DNA of 64,000 bases from a virus, in IMG/VR virus record IMGVR_UViG_3300035681_000001, positions 32,001 to 96,000 of that record. One strand, 5' to 3'. The translations under genes were made by a program, and so were the position numbers. Of this stretch, positions 18,819 through 27,922 are shown piece after piece. Numbering within the stretch: position 1 is the stretch's first letter; every line of letters starts with the position of its first letter. The notes beneath the pieces were generated by a model, which did not search any database, was not told the origin of the DNA, and worked only from the letters and a program-made list of their open reading frames with translations.

Positions 18819-19276
18819 TTCAGTTGCAAAAACTGTTTAAAAGAACTCGTAAAACTACACTTGACCTGCAGCACCCAACACCAAACCTACAACACGTCGG
18901 TTTAGCCACTGAAGAAGAACTTAAAAAGTTTGCTCTAAAACACGGTGGGGGCTACTACAACTGTGATTGTCAAGAAGAAGCTGATGCATTAACTAGAACA
19001 CACGTGGATTTTGCTAAAAAACTACTAGAGCAGTACGGTAGCTGCGTGGAAAATAATGAAGTGTCAGTGGAACGTGAGGTTTACCCTTTTATCATCAGCT
19101 TTGGTGAAAGTTACACTATCACCCTTCCTAACGGAGGTCAATATAACTTTAGTGTTGACAACCAAGGAACAATACGTGTTGCTTGTGTAGAAGGTGATTC
19201 ACATGCACTTTTCTACATACCTAAAAACTGCGTACAGTACTTCATAGACGGACTGCTGAAACTCAAACAAGATTGA
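18815..19276 (+). CDS. hypothetical protein
   Basis: 153-aa ORF with ATGA coupling. Confidence 0.65.
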   Translation: MIQLQKLFKRTRKTTLDLQHPTPNLQHVGLATEEELKKFALKHGGGYYNCDCQEEADALTRTHVDFAKKLLEQYGSCVENNEVSVEREVYPFIISFGESYTITLPNGGQYNFSVDNQGTIRVACVEGDSHALFYIPKNCVQYFIDGLLKLKQD

Positions 19277-19298
19277 AGCAACTGACTTGACCAATTCA

Positions 19299-19473
19299 AT
19301 GAAAAAACTAAAAGGTCTAGTGACCAGTAGCCGCAGTTCTAATTTTGTCAGGCTGGGGTACAGGAATTATCTTAGCCGGCGGATTCTGGAATACAGTAGG
19401 AGCTACTGTATTCTTTCCTTATGGAGTTGCAGTAGCAACTCGTGTAGTACTCAAGCACTTTAACGTATTATGA
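19299..19473 (+). pseudogene. small membrane-protein gene apparently broken by a +1 frameshift
   Basis: ATG 19299 gives MKKLKGLVT. The +1 frame from 19327 gives VAAVLILSGWGTGIILAGGFWNTVGATVFFPYGV..., ending in an ATGA overlap with the next gene. Confidence 0.45.
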
Positions 19474-19679
19474 CTGCCGAGCCTTTGATAACAGCTCAAA
19501 AAATGACTGCCAAGGACGGTACCACCTTAGGCTGGTACTTTTGTCATCCAGAATTTTACTGTGACTTTGAGCTAGAAAACGGAGTTTGGAGCGTGTACTT
19601 CAGAGATAGAACAAATCAGGCTAAAAACAGCGAGGTTTATGCTGAGACAACAAGCAACAGAAAGGCTGCTCCTCCTTAA
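19470..19679 (+). CDS. hypothetical protein
   Basis: 69-aa ORF. Confidence 0.6.
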   Translation: MTAEPLITAQKMTAKDGTTLGWYFCHPEFYCDFELENGVWSVYFRDRTNQAKNSEVYAETTSNRKAAPP

Positions 19680-19692
19680 GGCAGTACTACCT

Positions 19693-19914
19693 ATGAAGGT
19701 AAACTTACGTTTACACGACGGTGTAACTAACCAAGAAATAAAACTCTTCCCAACCCCAAGTAGGATTACGTTCCAATGTTTAGCTGAAGCCGAGCCTGCT
19801 AAGATACGTGAACGTTATTTAAAATGGCTGGCCACTAAACTACCTGCAGAAATAGTAAGCCCACACGTATCAGAAGTGCTAGCTGTTAAAAAACCTAAGT
19901 TCTCAAAAGACTAA
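19693..19914 (+). CDS. hypothetical protein
   Basis: Likely start MKVNL at 19693. Confidence 0.6.
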   Translation: MKVNLRLHDGVTNQEIKLFPTPSRITFQCLAEAEPAKIRERYLKWLATKLPAEIVSPHVSEVLAVKKPKFSKD

Positions 19915-19938
19915 AAAAAGTAAAGCGTAAGAAAACCA

Positions 19939-20763
19939 ATGCTAACTACACACAGCCTAATTCTACAAAAACTAGAAACAGTAGCTACAGAACAAGCAAT
20001 AAGCATTATATATGCTACAGAATCTGGTTCTAGAGCTTGGGGATTTGAGTCTCCAGATTCAGACTGGGACGTAAGGTTTTTCTACTTGCGTCCTACTGAT
20101 TACTATTTACTTAACTTTGAGTCTGCAAAAAGAGACTGTATTGATGCAGTAGAGTATCCTGTTCAGTCAGACAACATAGACCTTTCAGGATGGGACTTAC
20201 ATAAAACGTGCAGGTTACTACTAAAATCAAATCCAGCGGCTTTAGAGTGGTTGAATTCTCCACTAGTCTACGTTAACCAGTGTCAACTACAGCAACAATT
20301 AAAAGCCCTAATACCTTTAGTGTACAACCGCCGGTCGGCAATGTACCACTACCAACACATGGCTCAAGTAAATTGGAGAAAGTACATATCAAAGAAGAAT
20401 CCGCTGTTACTCAAAAAGTACCTATACGTACTGAGACCTATATTTGCAATGCAGTGGATAGAAGCCTACGAGAGTCCAGTACCTATGCTGTTCGATGAAT
20501 TAGTAAGTGCTGTAAATTTACCCACAGCAGTAAAAACAGAACTGGACGATCTGCTAGCACTTAAACGAGCAAGCTCAGAAAAAGAATATGGTGCACCTCT
20601 GCCAGCTATACATTCTTACATAGCTGATCACATAGACTCACCCTCACGTATAGTGGCCACTCGTACGCCGCAAGCTACTGAAGCTGCTAAAGCAGCAATA
20701 AGACAAGTTTTCTTTGAAACCTTAAGACTAATAAATGGTAGGTACCTGCCACTACCTAACTAA
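19939..20763 (+). CDS. Pol-beta superfamily nucleotidyltransferase, RlaP/YcgL family
   Basis: YATESGSRAWGFESPDSDWDVRF, DLSGWDL, LKSNP..LEWL.SP, KKYLYVLRP. Confidence 0.92.
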   Translation: MLTTHSLILQKLETVATEQAISIIYATESGSRAWGFESPDSDWDVRFFYLRPTDYYLLNFESAKRDCIDAVEYPVQSDNIDLSGWDLHKTCRLLLKSNPAALEWLNSPLVYVNQCQLQQQLKALIPLVYNRRSAMYHYQHMAQVNWRKYISKKNPLLLKKYLYVLRPIFAMQWIEAYESPVPMLFDELVSAVNLPTAVKTELDDLLALKRASSEKEYGAPLPAIHSYIADHIDSPSRIVATRTPQATEAAKAAIRQVFFETLRLINGRYLPLPN

Positions 20764-20777
20764 CTAAAATAAACCCA

Positions 20778-20846
20778 GGGTCGTTAGCTCAGTAGATTAG
20801 AGCTGCCCTAAAACATTAGCCATTGGTTCGAATCCAATACGACCCG
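20778..20846 (+). ncRNA. tRNA-like RNA lacking a canonical anticodon arm
   Basis: Acceptor stem GGGTCGT/ACGACCC, D stem GCTC/GAGC and T arm ATTGG-TTCGAAT-CCAAT are perfect. Only 18 nt lie between the D and T arms, with no 5-bp/7-nt anticodon hairpin. Confidence 0.7.
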
Positions 20847-20880
20847 TTAACCCAAGTTAAACCACCTAGTCTCAGTCCTA

Positions 20881-22071
20881 ATGAATGCCGCTGCACTTCA
20901 AGAAATTCTGACTCTGAGTCAAGTAGCTAAAAGTTACGGTATCGAACTAGGTGGTAATGAGTCTCAGACCTGCCCTTTTTGTGGCGGTGCTCGACAACTA
21001 CGTACTACCCGAAACCGTTGGTATAAGTGCTACAAATGCAACCGTAAAGGAGACATATACCAACTGCTACAAGACCTAAAAGTTACTAATAGCTTTAAAG
21101 AATCTTTCAACATACTAAAACGTCAAGCTGTTAATTCCCCTGAATACAAAGCTTATCGCTTTAGAGTTGACGTACTAACCAGAGCTTTTGAAGCTTACCG
21201 ACAGCGAGTTGTAGTAAAACCAGATGCCCCGCTAGGGTATTATGCTGGCCGGGGTTGGACTTTTAGGCACGGAGAAATAGGTTACGCAGATTCACACCAT
21301 ACCTTACGTAACGCAGGGTTCAGCGTGGAAGAACTAACTGCGGTAAGCTTAATAGCCTACGGTACTGAAGTATACTCAAACCACTTAATATTCCCCATAC
21401 ACAACTACGAAGGTGAAGTGGTTCACTTTTCAGCTCGTGCTCTAGACCCTACTGATGAGCTTAGATGGAAACATACTTCTGGTACACCACGTATTAACAA
21501 CTTTTTGTACGCAGCTAACAACTTAAAAGAGTCCAGCTACGCTGTAATATGCGAGGGTATTTCAGACACTCGCTCGCTAATAGAACTCGGTGAGCCTGCT
21601 GTAGGTGTACTCGGTGTCACTATACCCCTAGTACAACATGCTAACTTGTTTCGACATTGCAAGTGCCTAGTGGCTTTCTTTGATCGAGACCGTTACGCCA
21701 AAGGAACTGAAAAAGAAGGTCAATACAAATCCTGGTCTCAGGTCACACCACACCTAATAGATCTAGCTGTAGAACTCAAGATCCCAGTGTTGTGTTTGAT
21801 GACACCAGATTGGTCTGGCGTCAAAGATGCTAACGAATACCTCAGTGCTATAGACTATGACCTAAGCACTTATCAAAAGTGGGCATCCAAGTCTTACCAG
21901 CACTTACACGTACTAGCTGCAGAAATACACACTAACGACTTAAGTCAGCACCCTAATTTGTGGAGACTGCACGCTGCAGTACCTAACGCACCAGCCTTAG
22001 AACAATTACAAAACACGATACTACAACAGCACACCAGTTGGGCAGACTACCTTTTAGCACTACATGCCTAA
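20881..22071 (+). CDS. DNA primase (DnaG-type, Zn finger + TOPRIM)
   Basis: CPFC...CYKC; IFPI; VICEGISD; FFDRD; KDANEY. Confidence 0.9.
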   Translation: MNAAALQEILTLSQVAKSYGIELGGNESQTCPFCGGARQLRTTRNRWYKCYKCNRKGDIYQLLQDLKVTNSFKESFNILKRQAVNSPEYKAYRFRVDVLTRAFEAYRQRVVVKPDAPLGYYAGRGWTFRHGEIGYADSHHTLRNAGFSVEELTAVSLIAYGTEVYSNHLIFPIHNYEGEVVHFSARALDPTDELRWKHTSGTPRINNFLYAANNLKESSYAVICEGISDTRSLIELGEPAVGVLGVTIPLVQHANLFRHCKCLVAFFDRDRYAKGTEKEGQYKSWSQVTPHLIDLAVELKIPVLCLMTPDWSGVKDANEYLSAIDYDLSTYQKWASKSYQHLHVLAAEIHTNDLSQHPNLWRLHAAVPNAPALEQLQNTILQQHTSWADYLLALHA

Positions 22072-22864
22072 ATACTATTTGTATGTAGAGCCACAAACTC
22101 GCATACTAGCCGGCCCGGTGTCAGTATGCGGGTTGTACGCACCTGAGCTACTACCTACCACTCACCCTAAAAAGTGGGTAGACGAGGCTTTGGCTGATCA
22201 TAAGCTCTACTTTGTTCATTATTACGTATGGCCCGACGAGTTAAACTTTGATACCTTACAACGCAGAACAGAAGCTGTGTGCGCTCGGTTGTTCTTTCAG
22301 TCTCAAACCAGAGCCACATATCACCGTTTAGTTAAAGACGTACCATACTCCTACAACTACGCTATTTATTACGAGCACTGCCCGGCACACTACCGTGTAG
22401 CCGCTTATTTATGCCACCGGTACCGGGTAAACTTAGTCACCACACACTACGCACTAGTTTACCCAGAGTACTCTCTAACCAAACACTGGGGCTATCGCAG
22501 TAGCCTGCACCTAGAAGAAATACTGGTCCACGGACCTCGAACAGACTTTCACCACTTAGGGTTAAAAGAAACCCTAACTGAATATTGGTTAGGTCAAATA
22601 CTAAGCGGTAATCCTAAGTATTTAGCAAAACCATACCCACCTAAGTGGTGGGGATCCGAACCCTTTGGGGATACTGTAAGTCACTTAATGCAGCTTAGCG
22701 GTACTCCAGAACATCAAGCTTGGGTAAGGGACGAGACCACCCTACTTAAAAACAACAAAGCAAAGCTTAACGAAAAGAAAATCCGTCGTAGGTTGTTACT
22801 GCACCAATGGCAAAGTATTCAGAAAAACTTAATAGTTTGTGGGCCGCCCAACCTGCCTCACTAA
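22064..22864 (+). CDS. RNase HII-like protein, degenerate active site
   Basis: LAGPVSVCG and RVAAY...YPEYSLTKHWGY...HL..I..HGP match RNase HII GPLAGPV and IAAAS...YP.YGF..HKGY..HG. The DE-GRG catalytic motif is replaced by EPQTRI. Confidence 0.6.
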   Translation: MPKYYLYVEPQTRILAGPVSVCGLYAPELLPTTHPKKWVDEALADHKLYFVHYYVWPDELNFDTLQRRTEAVCARLFFQSQTRATYHRLVKDVPYSYNYAIYYEHCPAHYRVAAYLCHRYRVNLVTTHYALVYPEYSLTKHWGYRSSLHLEEILVHGPRTDFHHLGLKETLTEYWLGQILSGNPKYLAKPYPPKWWGSEPFGDTVSHLMQLSGTPEHQAWVRDETTLLKNNKAKLNEKKIRRRLLLHQWQSIQKNLIVCGPPNLPH

Positions 22865-23253
22865 ACACCCTACAAAAACTATTAAGGATAGACCGATTAG
22901 CCTGTCTAGAACTAGAAGACGACGTAGCGTTTAATCACAACTTTAACGCTAACTGGTTTTTCGTCTTAATGATCCACTTGCTAGACACCTACTTAACACT
23001 AGGTTTAGATCCTACTGAACCACTAGTTAAAGAAATAACCACACACCACGTTTACCGTTTCCAGCGTGCGACAATCTTAAACACAGATCCTGAAGGTAAG
23101 TACCAACGTCTACTACACTATACTGTTCTCAGAGCAAAGCTTAGAGGACTAGTTGACAATTTACTTGGGTCTGGATCAGTCTCTAAACAACACCGGAATA
23201 GCAGTGAGCAACGGGAAGCAGACTGTAGTAACCCTGCAGAAATCTCCTGTTAA
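22807..23253 (+). CDS. hypothetical protein
   Basis: 148-aa ORF. Confidence 0.6.
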   Translation: MAKYSEKLNSLWAAQPASLNTLQKLLRIDRLACLELEDDVAFNHNFNANWFFVLMIHLLDTYLTLGLDPTEPLVKEITTHHVYRFQRATILNTDPEGKYQRLLHYTVLRAKLRGLVDNLLGSGSVSKQHRNSSEQREADCSNPAEISC

Positions 23254-23716
23254 ATTGACTGAACTGGAAAAGCTATATGAACTAGAGCTCCTACTGCAGA
23301 ACTTGATCCAAGTACTAAAGCCTAAAAGGATCTACTTAGAACAAGTCTATTACGTGCGCTTCAGGATCAAGTCAGCACTTTCTTTGCTACGGGTAGAGAC
23401 TACCTTGAAACTAGTGTGCTTACGAGAAAACGTGGAATGCACCAGTCTGTCAGCCAACCCCAAAGAAGCTGACTCATGGCCCAAGCTCATAGGAGCTACT
23501 AGCACTAAAGAAGCCACCGCAAAACTGTTCCTACCTAAGCTGAACGACGATTCCACCACAGACCACGAAACTGATGCTTTAGGTATCCTTTATGCAGGCA
23601 TAATAAAAGACACTACACGCACTAAAACTGGTATGATGAGGGCGCCAATCATAAGGATCAATGCCCGAGACTTTAGAAAAGACCCCGGATCAGTCACAAA
23701 CTGTTTCCTACAGTAG
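23153..23716 (+). CDS. RuvC-like Holliday junction resolvase
   Basis: YLGLDQSLNNTGIAV, IYLEQ, DHETDALGI. Confidence 0.85.
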   Translation: MTIYLGLDQSLNNTGIAVSNGKQTVVTLQKSPVKLTELEKLYELELLLQNLIQVLKPKRIYLEQVYYVRFRIKSALSLLRVETTLKLVCLRENVECTSLSANPKEADSWPKLIGATSTKEATAKLFLPKLNDDSTTDHETDALGILYAGIIKDTTRTKTGMMRAPIIRINARDFRKDPGSVTNCFLQ

Positions 23717-24818
23717 ATTGTCTGCTTACCTAGAATGCCCTCAAAAATACCGTAACAAATACGTTGATCGACTGCCCGTCACACAACCTCTAGAAGACTA
23801 CTTTCTTAAGGGCACCTTAAGTCACCGGATCCTAGAAGAGTACCTACAAGGCGCCACTATCGAAGACGCTACTAATCTAATCCTCCCTGATTGGGTGGTA
23901 AATAACTGCCTGATCCCTTTGGGTGCAACTAACGATACTGAAGACCTATATGAGCTAGCTGACTCCAGCGGGTTAGATTTTGACTTACTGGAACGTTACG
24001 TACATCCCACAGCTGAACTGTTGTACAGGTGCTCAGCTAACTACTCAGGTGATGAGCCCATTCGGAAAAATGATGGTTCAGTACCAGCAGACCCACTAGC
24101 GTATCCACCTTCACAATTCAAAAGAGAGTACGAACGACAGCACCTACACTTACTAAAAGCAGAACTAGACACCCAAGCAGCTCAAGCTTCTGTTGCTTTC
24201 AGGCGCTTTTCACTGGCAGATACTGCAGCTATTGCACTGTCTTACGTAGTAGGCTTCAAAGTGCCTGAATACGTAGATCATACCGTAGCAGTAGAATTTG
24301 ATCTGTCAAAAGCCAAAACCGTTTGGGATGTAGACGAATACTGGAACGGGGCTATTGACTGGGTGTTTAAGATGAAAAACGGAGCTACGGTGATTTGTGA
24401 TCACAAATCAGAAAAAAGAAAACCGTTAGGAATCGAAGTACTATTCCACTCACAACTTAATCTTTACGCTCACCTTTACTACGAACAAACAGGAATACTA
24501 GCCGATTACCTAGCAATCAATCATCTGCCGTCAGGAGAACTCGTACTAGCCAAAGTAGACATAGACGTAGTTCAGCAGAACTATTTGTATTGGCTGTCAG
24601 TACGAGACAAAATCAAAAGCGACCGTAATAGCAACCAATGGACAAAGCAACTGCCTACCAAATACAACTCCCCATGTGTACGTAGACACTGGAAAAGCAA
24701 CGCCTTAACACAAGTTTGTCCTCACCTTACTAGCTGCTGGCCTCAGTATGCAGAATACCTAGGGGTAGAACTGGAGCCTTTCTTAAACGAACAATCCTTG
24801 CAAAATGCCGGTATCTAG
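23661..24818 (+). CDS. PD-(D/E)XK (RecB/Cas4-like) exonuclease
   Basis: SYSRL..YLECP, GTLSH..LE, GAIDW, ICDHKS, QLNLYA, C-terminal Cys. Confidence 0.88.
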   Translation: MPETLEKTPDQSQTVSYSRLSAYLECPQKYRNKYVDRLPVTQPLEDYFLKGTLSHRILEEYLQGATIEDATNLILPDWVVNNCLIPLGATNDTEDLYELADSSGLDFDLLERYVHPTAELLYRCSANYSGDEPIRKNDGSVPADPLAYPPSQFKREYERQHLHLLKAELDTQAAQASVAFRRFSLADTAAIALSYVVGFKVPEYVDHTVAVEFDLSKAKTVWDVDEYWNGAIDWVFKMKNGATVICDHKSEKRKPLGIEVLFHSQLNLYAHLYYEQTGILADYLAINHLPSGELVLAKVDIDVVQQNYLYWLSVRDKIKSDRNSNQWTKQLPTKYNSPCVRRHWKSNALTQVCPHLTSCWPQYAEYLGVELEPFLNEQSLQNAGI

Positions 24819-25635
24819 AGGCGAGTTATATCAATACTTATCAAAGCGAGTGGGCATATCCAAAGCCACAGCTAAAGACTGCCTAACCGCTTTGAGTGAG
24901 TACACTGCTATCCAACTAGGTGAAGGCTTAAAAGTCACGTTACCTGGTATCGGTGTACTCAGCCGAACAAAAGTAAACCAGCGAGCCCGATTAAAAATAA
25001 CCACGGGCTCAGTGTTGTCTAAATACCTAAGCCTAGCTCGTCCGTTAAAACGAGAATACTTCTTAAAACACGGGTTAAAGCCACCTACCAGACTTACTCA
25101 ATTTGATCGCTGGATAAACCAAGCAGGTACTGCTTACTTAGCTCAGGTTTCTAAAAACCCCTTAAGTACGAAGTGGTTTAATACCGTCCACTTTAGTCTG
25201 TTGGCTTACTTGCAGTCCTCATTTATTTGGGGGCACGTTTGGGTGCACCCTATAAGCCATGAAACGTTTAGTGCGGACTTAATAAAAACCAAACTAGTAG
25301 CCTACCAACACATCGACTTAGACTCCTACCAAAAACTGTTCCTAGTATGGATTAACTTAAACGATCGGCACCGCACAGCTGAGTCTTTCGGCTGGTCTGA
25401 GCAGGTGTTGTACGAAGGGTGGAAAAAAGCTCTTAACGGCCTGTTACTACTGTTACTGTTCCCAGAGCTAGATCCTATACTTGGAGAAATCCTAATTCAA
25501 GATGTACGACCTAGACCAAGAGAAAGTGGCCCTGGAACGCGCTCAAAGCGCCATGGCCTTTATCGAACAACTGGAATTTATAACTCATTCTTTAGAAGCA
25601 ATCAAGAACAGCGCTCCACTGACACTACATGCTGA
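24805..25635 (+). CDS. HU/IHF-like N-terminal domain fused to a C-terminal HTH-like region
   Basis: SRGELYQYLSKRVGISKATAKDCL...GLKVTLPGIGVL is HU-like; TAESFGWSEQVLYEGWKKAL is sigma-region-4-like. Confidence 0.6.
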   Translation: MPVSRGELYQYLSKRVGISKATAKDCLTALSEYTAIQLGEGLKVTLPGIGVLSRTKVNQRARLKITTGSVLSKYLSLARPLKREYFLKHGLKPPTRLTQFDRWINQAGTAYLAQVSKNPLSTKWFNTVHFSLLAYLQSSFIWGHVWVHPISHETFSADLIKTKLVAYQHIDLDSYQKLFLVWINLNDRHRTAESFGWSEQVLYEGWKKALNGLLLLLLFPELDPILGEILIQDVRPRPRESGPGTRSKRHGLYRTTGIYNSFFRSNQEQRSTDTTC

Positions 25636-26221
25636 GCTAGAAGCAGTAATAACTAGAAGCCGAGCGGTTTACGCTATGGTAAACGATTCAGAAGTAGAGT
25701 TCGATATAGTGGCTGAGCGTCGGAATTTATCAACTCAGTCTTTATCCAAGATAGAACGGCTCGGTCTAGGTAAAGAGATCGTACGTTTAAGACTGGAAAA
25801 CCGACTGAACATAAAAGAAATAGCCGAGAAGTTCAGCTTATCTACAGCTACCATCAGTCAGTTCCTGAAGGTCTACGATCAAGCTAAACCTGACGAACAA
25901 GCTAAAATGCGCCGTACTAGTATCTTTGATACAGGCGAGCAATACGAGCGGCTGGGTGTTAAGTTGGACCTTTTGTTCGCACAAGTCCAAAGCTCAGATC
26001 AGCAAGTTAGCGTACAAGTATTAGGAGAGATGCGTAAAACCATCGAGTCAGCCGAACGGTTCATGACTAAATACTCAGAAAGGGAAAAAATGGAGCGTGT
26101 GCTGTTGATTATTCAAGAAATACTACAAACAGAACTCCCAGAACGTAGGGTAGAAGTCATGAAAAGGTTCGCAGCTTTAGGTCTGAAAGGAGCCACACCA
26201 GCTTCTTCTTTAGCCGTTTAA
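25502..26221 (+). CDS. HTH DNA-binding protein with coiled coils
   Basis: LNIKEIAEKFSLSTATISQFLK. Confidence 0.7.
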   Translation: MYDLDQEKVALERAQSAMAFIEQLEFITHSLEAIKNSAPLTLHAELEAVITRSRAVYAMVNDSEVEFDIVAERRNLSTQSLSKIERLGLGKEIVRLRLENRLNIKEIAEKFSLSTATISQFLKVYDQAKPDEQAKMRRTSIFDTGEQYERLGVKLDLLFAQVQSSDQQVSVQVLGEMRKTIESAERFMTKYSEREKMERVLLIIQEILQTELPERRVEVMKRFAALGLKGATPASSLAV

Positions 26222-26290
26222 AACGATAAATACAAGATTTTTGTTGCTGTGCAAAGCACGGTAGTCTATTCTTACGTCAAGGTTCAGCAG

Positions 26291-27922
26291 ATGCCCAGCA
26301 AGTTGATTGCAATGACAGGTCGTGTTTCTTCTTGGTTAGAAGACCCACGTTTTACTCTACCTGTTAGCTGCACAGTATTTAAAGTAGAAGACAAAATGGC
26401 GGGTCGAGACGGCATTCGAGATTCGTGGGACTTTGCTTCTTACGCAATCGGTAACGCCGCTGGAGCAGCAATACACCTGAGTAGTATTAGGGAAAAAGGC
26501 AACGTAAATGCAGCTGGGTTAGTAGCCTCCGGCCCTATGTCTTTTGGAGAGATTTTCTCTACTATCAATAAAATCATTCGTAGGGGTGGTATCTACAAAA
26601 ACGGTGCTATCGTACTGCACCTAGACCTAACACACCCAGATCACCTACATTTCATTAAAGGTTACGATGAAACAGATGAAACCTTAAAGCAACTATCTAA
26701 GTCTCGTAAAGAATGTGATGAAATAAGCGCCATCCTTGAAAGCGTTCAAGGAGAAGAAGTAGAAATTGAGGGAGAAGTCTATACTCTAGAAGAAGCTCAA
26801 GAAGCATTTAAACTTCTTAAGGAAAATCTCAAACAACTAGAAAACCAAGCTCTGTCTGAATCACGCCGTACTTACGCTTGGGTTAAACGCTGTTTGAACG
26901 TAGAGCCTAATTGGTTGGAAACCACACCACCTGACACTATTACAGAAATCCTTAAAGCTATCGCTCGTGGTGACTTATGGCTTAATAAGATTCGTTATGA
27001 CGAATCAGGTGAGCGTCTTTACGCTAATGTTTGCCTAGAAGTGTACCTGAAGCACCGAGGTACTTGTTTGCTGATGCACGGTAACTTAGGTCAAGCTGAA
27101 GTAGGTGCACCTGATTCTCAAGGTAAGTTTGATCATAACCTAGTAGCTATGTATCGTGAAGGAGCCACGTTGCTGTGCGACTTGCACGCTAAAACTGGAG
27201 TGGGTAATTCTGGTTATTACCTGCCTGCTGAGACAGATCGTCAAGTAGGCTTCGGGCTCATTGGTTTGGCTAATTTTCTGAGCTATCATGAAGTCAGCTA
27301 TAAGGATTTCGGCCGGGCTCTCAAGAGAGTCAATGACGGCGAAACCGTGGACGTAGACTCAACAGCTAACAGACTTGCACTAGCCCTTAAGCAAGGTGTG
27401 GAAGCAGGTGCTGAAATCTTCCGAGCCAACCGTATGGAGCGTGGCTTTGCTATTGCTCCTACTGCTACTTGTTCTTACCGTTACCGAGACCTCAAAGGGT
27501 TTACTACTACACCTGAAATTGCTCCTCCAATCAACCGTCTAGTTGATCGAGATTCAGGTACTTTTGGTGTGGAAACTTATGATTACGGTAGCGTTGAAAC
27601 TGCGGCAGAAGTAGGCTGGGAAGATTATTTTGCTGTTGCTAATGAAGTAGTACGCTTACACCAAGCTACTGGACTATTCCACGGATACTCTTTCAACAGC
27701 TGGTCAGACGTAGTTACGTATGACCTGGATTTCTTAAAAGCCTGGAACGACTCACCACAAACGAGTTTGTACTATGCCCTACAAGTAAGCCCAGACACCT
27801 TACGTAAAGACGACGCCTTGGTCTCATTAGACGAAGACTTCCGGTCTCTGTTTGGCTTTGATGAAGAACCCGCCGCCTGCAGCCTAACTCCTGGTAGTAT
27901 TTGTAGTTCCTGCGGAGAATGA
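26291..27922 (+). CDS. nrdA: ribonucleotide reductase class I alpha subunit (compact cyanophage 'Cyano SP' type)
   Basis: TGRVSSW..LPVSCTVF, LVASGPMSF, RRGGIYKNGA, YANVCLE, AIAPTATCS, SPQTSLYY. Likely start MPSKL at 26291. Confidence 0.93.
   Translation: MPSKLIAMTGRVSSWLEDPRFTLPVSCTVFKVEDKMAGRDGIRDSWDFASYAIGNAAGAAIHLSSIREKGNVNAAGLVASGPMSFGEIFSTINKIIRRGGIYKNGAIVLHLDLTHPDHLHFIKGYDETDETLKQLSKSRKECDEISAILESVQGEEVEIEGEVYTLEEAQEAFKLLKENLKQLENQALSESRRTYAWVKRCLNVEPNWLETTPPDTITEILKAIARGDLWLNKIRYDESGERLYANVCLEVYLKHRGTCLLMHGNLGQAEVGAPDSQGKFDHNLVAMYREGATLLCDLHAKTGVGNSGYYLPAETDRQVGFGLIGLANFLSYHEVSYKDFGRALKRVNDGETVDVDSTANRLALALKQGVEAGAEIFRANRMERGFAIAPTATCSYRYRDLKGFTTTPEIAPPINRLVDRDSGTFGVETYDYGSVETAAEVGWEDYFAVANEVVRLHQATGLFHGYSFNSWSDVVTYDLDFLKAWNDSPQTSLYYALQVSPDTLRKDDALVSLDEDFRSLFGFDEEPAACSLTPGSICSSCGE

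Noticed and set aside
16244-19300. Shared TGACCAAT(C/T)CAA motif at ~16245 and ~19288 as a promoter or attachment site
   Set aside because: Only two imperfect copies, which could be chance
20778-20846. Functional decoding tRNA
   Set aside because: No 5-bp stem with a 7-nt anticodon loop can be drawn; retained only as a tRNA-like RNA
23661-24818. Cas4/CRISPR system
   Set aside because: No repeat-spacer array or other cas genes were seen; PD-(D/E)XK nucleases are common in phage recombination modules
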